A stretch of 64,000 nucleotides of DNA. Origin: Candidatus Bathyarchaeia archaeon (GTDB taxonomy: Archaea; Thermoproteota; Bathyarchaeia; 40CM-2-53-6). How positions within the stretch are numbered: position 1 is the stretch's first letter; the number at the start of each line of letters is the position of its first letter. The notes under the pieces are model-generated. The model did not search any database, had not been told where the DNA came from, and saw only the letters and a program-made list of their open reading frames with translations. Of this stretch, positions 57,938 to 64,000 are shown one piece after another. Both the position numbers and the translations under genes were made by a program. Where the stretch lies: contig JBEKSC010000001.1 of assembly GCA_049517415.1 (NCBI GenBank), positions 32,001 to 96,000 of the forward strand, given 5' to 3'.

Positions 57938-60250
57938 TCAGGCTGATGGTTGCGCTGGGGCGCGGTTGGCTCTCAAGGCGGAGAATATTTCGTCTGGCGT
58001 AGCAGGGGCCATGTTCACTTCTATTCCCGTTCCGATCTGAGCGAGCGCGTCGTTTAGAGCGTTTATGATAGCTGGATAGGAGGCAATCGTGCCGCTCTCT
58101 CCTACGCCTTTCGCGTTGTTGAGAGTTATTGTTGATGGAGTCTCTTGATGGAACATTTCGATGTTCGGGACTTGCTGAGCTGAAGGGATTTTGTAATCCA
58201 TGAAGGTAGAAGATAATGGATTGCCGTCCTTGTCGTAGACAAGGCGCTCCGATAACGCGCCACCTAGGCCGTGCACCACACCTCCGTGCACTTGCCCCTC
58301 AACTATGGTCTTGTTTATCATCCTGCCGCAATCTTCAACCACCAAATACTTTGAGACATTGACTTTACAGGTTTCGGTGTCTAGGGTTAGGGCGCAGAGG
58401 TGCACGGCGCTTGAATAGGTCATTGAGTTCAACTTGAATTTCGAATTAGCTGAAATTTCCCCGCGCGGCATCTTCTTCACGACTTCGTTCAACGCCAAGA
58501 GCGGAGCATCAGGGCATGTGAGATCTACAACCGCGCCGTTCCTCAGATCGAGGGATTTTTCGTCAACTTTGAGAATCTTTGATGCCCTCGCGATAAGCTT
58601 CGATTTCAGTTTTCGTGACGCGTCTACGACTGAACTTCCGCCTGTTACGGCGGACCTGCTCGCGAAGGTTCCAATTCCATCGTGAATCTTGGCAGTGTCT
58701 CCCCATACAACTGTTACTCTGTCACGTGGGACACCTAGTTCCTCTGCCGCGAGCTGGGCGAGGGTTGTCTCAAGCCCCTGTCCATGTGGCATTGAGCCTG
58801 TGTAGACTGTTATTCTACCAGCTGCGTCCAGAACCACTCTCGCAGTCTCGGTCAGCATTGCCCCGGTGCCTTGTAGCTTCAGCGCGATCCCGAGGCCTGC
58901 TAATACGGGGGTGCTTCCTCCGAACTTTGAGTGTGTGTCGCTTTTCCATTGCAGCAATTCTTTGTAGGATGATGATTCGACAAGAGTGCCCAGAAGTAGC
59001 GGATAGTTCGCGCCGTCGTACACGGAGCCGATGCCGTTGTCGTACGGGAACTCCTTTGGCTGGATAATGTTCCTACGCCTGAATTCGATCGGGTCTAATC
59101 CAATCTTTCTGGCCATTATGTCCACTGCACGTTCGATGAAGTAGCATGCTTCTGGTGCCCCTGCTCCTCGGACGGGCCCCAACGGCGCCTTGTTCGTGAC
59201 ATAAGCGCCCACCTTTAGGTCCAAGTTTGGTATCTTGTACGGACCAGGCATCATCCAGATCGTCAGTGATGACATGTGGTTATGCGTACCAGAAACGCCA
59301 GCATCACATTCTACTCTTGCTTTGAGGGCAACGATTTTTCCGTCTTTATCGCATGCAAACGTGATATCGCAGTACTCGTCCCTACCGGATGCGGCCTCCA
59401 GCAGCTCCTCTGTCCTCGTCGCTGTCCATTTCACCGGAAGCCCAGTCTTTCTGGCAAACAAGCAGGCAAGCAGAGGTTCAGGGTAAGACTGCGATCCCTT
59501 GCTCCCGAATCCTCCTCCGACGTCCATGGCTCTGACGTGGAACTTCTCTTTGGGCGCTTGCAGCTCTGAGGCCAAGAGCTCTTGGAGTCCATGTACAGAC
59601 TGCACAGTCGCCCAGACTTCGTAGGCATCGTCTTCCTTGTCATATGCGGCCAAGACTGCACGTGTCTCGATGGGTGCGCTTGCTTGCCTAGCTATCCCTT
59701 CTCGTGCATTGATCACATACGCGGCGGATGAGATTGCTTTCTCTGCGTCGCCCTTCTTCGCTTCGTCGGTTAGCGATATGTTATCTTTCCATTCTTCGTA
59801 GAGTATCGCCTTACTCTGCTTCGACTCCTCAATCGACGTCACGACTGGAAGCGCTTCGTACTCTACTTCGACTTCTTCGATCAGATCTTCCAACGAATTC
59901 TTGTTCCTGCTCAGGATCGCCGCAACGGGTTCTCCTGCGAATCTCACTTTGTCGACGGCTAAGTGGTAGCGCTTTGCGCGTCTCTGCGGGGGCCATTCGT
60001 CCTGCGTAATTGGAAGTACACCTTCCTTGAGTAAGTCCTCTCCCGTAAGTGAAGAGATGAAGTCGGGAGATTTGCGCGCTTTCGAAAAGTCAATGTGTCT
60101 TATTTTGGCGTGAGCGAACGGACTTCGAACAATTCCCAGGTATGCTTGGTTTTCTAGTTTGAGGTCATCGACGTAACGTCCTCTGCCTGTGATGAGCCTC
60201 AGGTCTTCCACTCTGCCCTGTATTTCGTCATCACCAGAATTTGCAGTCAT
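57938..60250 (-). CDS. Xanthine oxidase-family molybdopterin large subunit (CoxL/CutL-like)
   Basis: RVEDLRLITGRGRYVDD, DVGGGFGSKG, VRGAG, HGQG, GTFASRS and KGVGE. Confidence 0.92.
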   Translation of the reverse strand: MTANSGDDEIQGRVEDLRLITGRGRYVDDLKLENQAYLGIVRSPFAHAKIRHIDFSKARKSPDFISSLTGEDLLKEGVLPITQDEWPPQRRAKRYHLAVDKVRFAGEPVAAILSRNKNSLEDLIEEVEVEYEALPVVTSIEESKQSKAILYEEWKDNISLTDEAKKGDAEKAISSAAYVINAREGIARQASAPIETRAVLAAYDKEDDAYEVWATVQSVHGLQELLASELQAPKEKFHVRAMDVGGGFGSKGSQSYPEPLLACLFARKTGLPVKWTATRTEELLEAASGRDEYCDITFACDKDGKIVALKARVECDAGVSGTHNHMSSLTIWMMPGPYKIPNLDLKVGAYVTNKAPLGPVRGAGAPEACYFIERAVDIMARKIGLDPIEFRRRNIIQPKEFPYDNGIGSVYDGANYPLLLGTLVESSSYKELLQWKSDTHSKFGGSTPVLAGLGIALKLQGTGAMLTETARVVLDAAGRITVYTGSMPHGQGLETTLAQLAAEELGVPRDRVTVVWGDTAKIHDGIGTFASRSAVTGGSSVVDASRKLKSKLIARASKILKVDEKSLDLRNGAVVDLTCPDAPLLALNEVVKKMPRGEISANSKFKLNSMTYSSAVHLCALTLDTETCKVNVSKYLVVEDCGRMINKTIVEGQVHGGVVHGLGGALSERLVYDKDGNPLSSTFMDYKIPSAQQVPNIEMFHQETPSTITLNNAKGVGESGTIASYPAIINALNDALAQIGTGIEVNMAPATPDEIFSALRANRAPAQPSA

Positions 60251-60252
60251 GA

Positions 60253-60771
60253 TCAGGCACCCTTCTCTACGCTTTCCTGCATGCTTTTCGCGGCGGCCTT
60301 GATCGACTTCAGGACGTTGATATACCCCGTGCACCGACAGAGGTTGCCTTCGATTCCCCTGCGAATTTCGTCCTCAGTCGGGTTGGGAATCCTCTGTAGC
60401 AAAAAGAGACTGGACATCAAGAGGCCTGGGGTGCAGTATCCGCACTGCAAACCGTGGTTCTTCCGGAAAGCATTCTGAATCGGATGAAGCTTGTCCCCCT
60501 CCGCTAGACCCTCGATAGTGAGTATGTCTGCTCCCTGAGCTTGAACCGCTAAGACCATGCAGGACTTGACCGTCCTGCCGTTCATCATGATTGTGCAGGC
60601 GCCGCAGTGACCCGTATCACAGCCTATGTGAGTTCCAGTCAGATTTAGGTCGTCTCTGATGAAATTGACAAGGAGAGTTCTTGGTTCAGTCATCCCGCTG
60701 TACTCCCTGCCGTTTATCTTCATAATGACCTTCACGGTCTCGGATTTCGTCGGTTGCAAGATTGCTTTCAC
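60253..60771 (-). CDS. 2x[2Fe-2S] small subunit (CoxS/CutS-like)
   Basis: [18 protein letters not shown] and NLCRCTGY. Confidence 0.95.
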   Translation of the reverse strand: MKAILQPTKSETVKVIMKINGREYSGMTEPRTLLVNFIRDDLNLTGTHIGCDTGHCGACTIMMNGRTVKSCMVLAVQAQGADILTIEGLAEGDKLHPIQNAFRKNHGLQCGYCTPGLLMSSLFLLQRIPNPTEDEIRRGIEGNLCRCTGYINVLKSIKAAAKSMQESVEKGA

Positions 60772-60772
60772 C

Positions 60773-61636
60773 TCATTTGACTCTGCTCAAAGCGAGCCTG
60801 AGTGATCTCCTGGTGAGTACTTTGATCATTTCTAACCTGTATTCGCTGCTACCATGCACGTCTGATGGTGGGTCAGCACCCTCAGTTGCCTTCTCAGCTG
60901 CCTCTACAATCATCTTGTCGTCGAAGGTCTTGCCCTTGAGATGTTGCTCTGCAGACGTGGCTCTCAAAGGAGTTGGCCCTGCTGCGCCGAGACCAATCCT
61001 CACGTCTTTGCAGGCATTTCTGTCACCCACGGTCAATACGGTTCCGACGTTCACAATCGCGGAATCGTGCTCTCTTAGACTGTGCTTGATGTAAGCGGAA
61101 CCAGACTTAGGCGGAAGGTAAGGTAGTCGTATCTCCGTCAGAACCTCGTCGTGGCCAACAGCAGTCGCGAAGATATCTACAAAGAAATCCTGAGCAGGAA
61201 CCACTCTTTCACCGTTCCTTCCTTTTATCACAAATTCTGCGTCCAAAACACGCAGCGCTGTAGGTAGGTCGGCAGCCGGGTCAGCGTGACACGCGCTTCC
61301 GCCGACGGTGCCTAGGTTCCTGGTTTGCTGATCTCCAATCTTGCTGGCGGCTTCGTTCAGAATCGTAAACTTTTCTTTGATTGTTAGACTGTGCTCTATG
61401 GTGTCGTGGGTCGTAAGGGCCCCAATCGCCAAGCGATCCCCATCTTCTCGTACATAGGAAAGATCTGAGAGCTTGGAGATGTCAACGAGAGCCGTAGGTG
61501 CGGCTAACCTCAGCTTCATTAGGCCTAGGAGGCTTTGCCCCCCAGCAAGCACCTTAGCCTCCTCGTTTTCACTCAAGAGTCGGATTGCTTCCTTGAGAGA
61601 TGTGGGCGCGTAATAGTCAAACTTTTTGGGAATCAC
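60773..61636 (-). CDS. FAD-binding medium subunit (CoxM/CutM-like)
   Basis: [16 protein letters not shown] and ADPAAD. Confidence 0.95.
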   Translation of the reverse strand: MIPKKFDYYAPTSLKEAIRLLSENEEAKVLAGGQSLLGLMKLRLAAPTALVDISKLSDLSYVREDGDRLAIGALTTHDTIEHSLTIKEKFTILNEAASKIGDQQTRNLGTVGGSACHADPAADLPTALRVLDAEFVIKGRNGERVVPAQDFFVDIFATAVGHDEVLTEIRLPYLPPKSGSAYIKHSLREHDSAIVNVGTVLTVGDRNACKDVRIGLGAAGPTPLRATSAEQHLKGKTFDDKMIVEAAEKATEGADPPSDVHGSSEYRLEMIKVLTRRSLRLALSRVK

Positions 61637-61645
61637 GCGAAAGCC

Positions 61646-61814
61646 TCATTCGAGCTTGAAGAGCTTCATGGCAGTTTCACCCAAGATCATCTTCTTCTCT
61701 TCCTCAGGGATGCCGAGTCCTTTGATATTCTCGATGATTCTCATTAGGCAAGGATTTGGAAAGCGCCTCTATGTATTCCTTTGGATAGAAATGGTTGAAA
61801 ACATCAATGATCAA
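61646..61814 (-). pseudogene. Amidohydrolase_2-family gene with almost the whole interior deleted
   Basis: GGAG SD and TTG give MIIDVFNHFYPKEYIEAL, joined out of frame to the C-terminus IIENIKGLGIPEEEKKMILGETAMKLFKLE*. Confidence 0.75.
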
Positions 61815-62003
61815 TGGTCGGTCTCCTGGACTCGCAACAGTGAATGGACCGCCCCCGTCTTGACTAATAAGGAGTTATGAAGGTAATTTCAAGACGGCTT
61901 AGTGTGATGAATCTCTTTTCTGTGGCCTCGCCTAATTACGAGCAAACGTTTTTCTTGCCAAGCTCAGGATTCAGGGCAACTTTCAGAAACTTGTGAGCGA
62001 ATA

Positions 62004-62627
62004 ATGTCACGAACCGAAACAGTTAGTGCAATGGTCGACGCCGAAAAAGAAGCAGCGAAATTCGTTTTCGGACTTGCCATCGCAATTGGTACTCTTTCCC
62101 TGATCACGCGTATCCCTTCCAGGCCGTTCGGAATGATTATCGATGTTGCAGAGTTCGGGTTCAGTTTTCTGATCTTGATTTCTGTATGGCTGGGGTATTG
62201 GAACATAATGTCGGCTCTCCCGCTGGAGGATAATACCATAGTCATCCTCAATGTTGCATTGTTATTTCTAGTAGGGATTGAACCTTACCTTTTCTACCTG
62301 AACATAACCTTCGACCTCTTATCCCATGAACTACTCTTGAACTATGCTTCAATTCTATATGCGCTCGACATGGCTGGGCTTGTGACTATTATCGCATTAT
62401 TCACCGATCAGCTTGCCCGGGAGGAGAAAGGCTTAGTGCCGAAAGAATCACTCGCCAAATACCAGCGCGTTAGAAACACGCTCTTCATATCAGCAGCCCT
62501 CTTCTTAATAACGGTCCTTCCAATCTTCTGGAACTTCAGACTATGGGACCTGCCAGTGCGATTCTATTTTTGGTTCGTTCCATTGATCCTTTCATCGATT
62601 AGGCACGTACCGGCACGCGGATTCTAG
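62004..62627 (+). CDS. Membrane protein, TMEM175/DUF1211-like
   Basis: Six hydrophobic segments with VFGLAIAIG, FSFLILISVW and LNVALLFLVGIEPY. The canonical RxxxFSD motif is absent. Confidence 0.6.
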   Translation: MSRTETVSAMVDAEKEAAKFVFGLAIAIGTLSLITRIPSRPFGMIIDVAEFGFSFLILISVWLGYWNIMSALPLEDNTIVILNVALLFLVGIEPYLFYLNITFDLLSHELLLNYASILYALDMAGLVTIIALFTDQLAREEKGLVPKESLAKYQRVRNTLFISAALFLITVLPIFWNFRLWDLPVRFYFWFVPLILSSIRHVPARGF

Positions 62628-62773
62628 GCTTAGTAATTACGAATTAGAAAGAGGCTCGGCGACAGGCAAAGTTCCCTGATTTAGCTGCCAATTCATGCAA
62701 GTGCTTCGAGAGGTTGCTTGTATTCCATGAATGTAACCGAAGAATAACGAAAACGATTTCAATAACACGATTT

Positions 62774-62896
62774 TGGCGGGCCCGCGGGGATTCGAACCCC
62801 GGACCCCAGGCGTCCCCCGCTTTTTGCAAAGCGTTTAGAGGGCCTGTGCTTTAGACGCTCAACCTGCAAGCACTATCCAGACTGAGCTACGGGCCC
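62774..62896 (-). tRNA. tRNA-Arg(TCT) with two introns (22/23 and 37/38), encoded CCA
   Basis: Acceptor GGGCCCG/CGGGCCC, T-arm CGGGG-TTCGAAT-CCCCG, anticodon stem CAGGC/GCCTG. Removing 62851-62872 and 62813-62835 gives a 78-nt cloverleaf. TTTAA promoter ~27 nt upstream. Confidence 0.88.
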
Positions 62897-62941
62897 GAAC
62901 TCGGACTACAGGCTCTTCAAGCTTAAAGTTTACAGTGCTAA

Positions 62942-64000
62942 CTACTCGACGAAGATTGCAGGCCTATATGGTTCAGCAAATTTCGCGCGCCCCTTCGGAT
63001 CATACATCCCTTCCTCGCTTTCGCCATGGACTTGAACCTCAACTTTCAATTCCCTAGCGAAGAAGCCCCGCGCTTCATCAAACGCTTTCTTTTCGTCAAT
63101 CTCTCCTATCTTCAATCTTCGTCCGCGCAATTCGACTGGCATTGTTCTCGCCTGCTGGATTATTTTAGAGGCGAATTTCGGTAGGTCTTTCGCTGAAGAG
63201 GCTTTTGCAGCCAGCATGTCTCTGATTAGACCGTTCAGCGTTTCAGGTTGCGAGTTAGCTCTACTCAAGGCTTCGGTGTAGACTCGCCACTTCCACTTGG
63301 CGGCGGTGTAGTAGTACACTTTCTTTGGCGTGATCTTTGTTGTGGCTATAATTTCTTGAGTGTCATCGAGCGTCTGCCTCACGAGCATTTCCAATTCATT
63401 AGATTTCTCATCGACGATCTGTTCCTTGAATTCGGGCCATTCTGAAGTTGACACGAAGCCGCGTTGGCCAACTCTTCGCCAGGTTTCCTCGGCTAGATGT
63501 GGTGAGAAAGGTCCCATCAATCGAATCCAAATTGAGATGAAAAGTTTGACCGTAGCAGAATCAGGTCTAGCGGCGCGTCGCTCGTACCACCGAAGGTCGT
63601 TCCACACGTCATAGAGGGCGGCGGCTAATGCCGTTCGAGTTTTCATTTTCTCGATAGCTTCGGAAACCGCCTTTACCTTAGAGTTGATTCGGCTCATCAG
63701 CCAGTTTTCCAGGTGGCCATTTGAAGTCTGCTGGTCAGGCCTCGCGGCGATGTCTTCAACTAGGCTCAGAAAGGCTTCCAGCCTACCCTTGACATCACGA
63801 ACGTTCTCGGAGCGCCAATCTGGGTCGTCCATTCCTTCAGCTGCCAATAAGGCGGTGCAACGTACTGCATCCGCTCCATATTCGTCGCAGGCCTTCCAAA
63901 TCGGAATGAAGTTACCTTGAGCCTTATGCATAGGGCGACCTTCCGCAAGCATGAAACCGTTGACACCAATCGCGCGAGGCCAAAACCGCGGTTCGAAGAG
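62942..64000 (-). CDS. leuS: Leucyl-tRNA synthetase, archaeal type (3' part; 5' end outside window)
   Basis: WPRAIGVNG, KMSKS-equivalent PMHKAQGN, YGADAVR, PFSPHLAEE and C-terminal AEPYRPAIFVE. Confidence 0.92.
   Translation of the reverse strand, partial: LFEPRFWPRAIGVNGFMLAEGRPMHKAQGNFIPIWKACDEYGADAVRCTALLAAEGMDDPDWRSENVRDVKGRLEAFLSLVEDIAARPDQQTSNGHLENWLMSRINSKVKAVSEAIEKMKTRTALAAALYDVWNDLRWYERRAARPDSATVKLFISIWIRLMGPFSPHLAEETWRRVGQRGFVSTSEWPEFKEQIVDEKSNELEMLVRQTLDDTQEIIATTKITPKKVYYYTAAKWKWRVYTEALSRANSQPETLNGLIRDMLAAKASSAKDLPKFASKIIQQARTMPVELRGRRLKIGEIDEKKAFDEARGFFARELKVEVQVHGESEEGMYDPKGRAKFAEPYRPAIFVE

Noticed and set aside
62640..62775. Integrated element att site at the tRNA 3' end
   Set aside because: No duplicate of the tRNA 3' end and no integrase were seen in the window.
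550..63969. Numerous antisense and nested ORFs in the ORF track (e.g. 2357-3166, 34854-35429, 38749-39279)
   Set aside because: They are shadows of well-supported genes on the opposite strand or in another frame.

Overview
Chromosomal window from an archaeon, most likely TACK/Bathyarchaeia-like. This is inferred from TATA/BRE-type promoters, frequent TTG/GTG starts, a tRNA-Arg with two BHB introns, archaeal LeuRS, a PEF-CTERM protein, F420-related proteins and HdrABC-MvhADG. Main blocks: (1) 0.6-14 kb, a nitrogen-heterocycle/pyrimidine catabolism-salvage neighbourhood (class III aminotransferase, LLM/F420 oxidoreductase, YgeW-like carbamoyltransferase, dihydropyrimidinase, divergent pyrI/pyrB, cytosine deaminase, atypical PRTase-like protein, APC permease, cupin, aldehyde dehydrogenase). 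(2) 14.8-20.6 kb, 2-oxoacid/acetoin dehydrogenase E1a/E1b/E2 without E3, and acetoacetyl-CoA synthetase. (3) 25-40 kb, two 2-oxoacid:ferredoxin oxidoreductases and a long operon of ferredoxin, soluble fumarate-reductase-like Fe-S/flavoprotein, HdrCBA, MvhDGA and maturation protease. (4) GT4/glycosidase-like/GH130 trio, paaK, FrhB-like, a MacAB-type ABC transporter with an ArsR-type regulator and a repeated promoter motif, housekeeping genes, a coxMSL/G-like molybdoenzyme, tRNA-Arg and partial leuS. Reading beyond the ORF track gave several small Cys-rich proteins: two tandem 7-Cys paralogues behind the kor operon, a UBZ-like C2HC finger and a B-box-like finger. It also gave apparent non-canonical start codons and several decayed or internally deleted gene remnants. 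No CRISPR array, rRNA or intact mobile element was seen. All family assignments are from motif recognition, not database searches.
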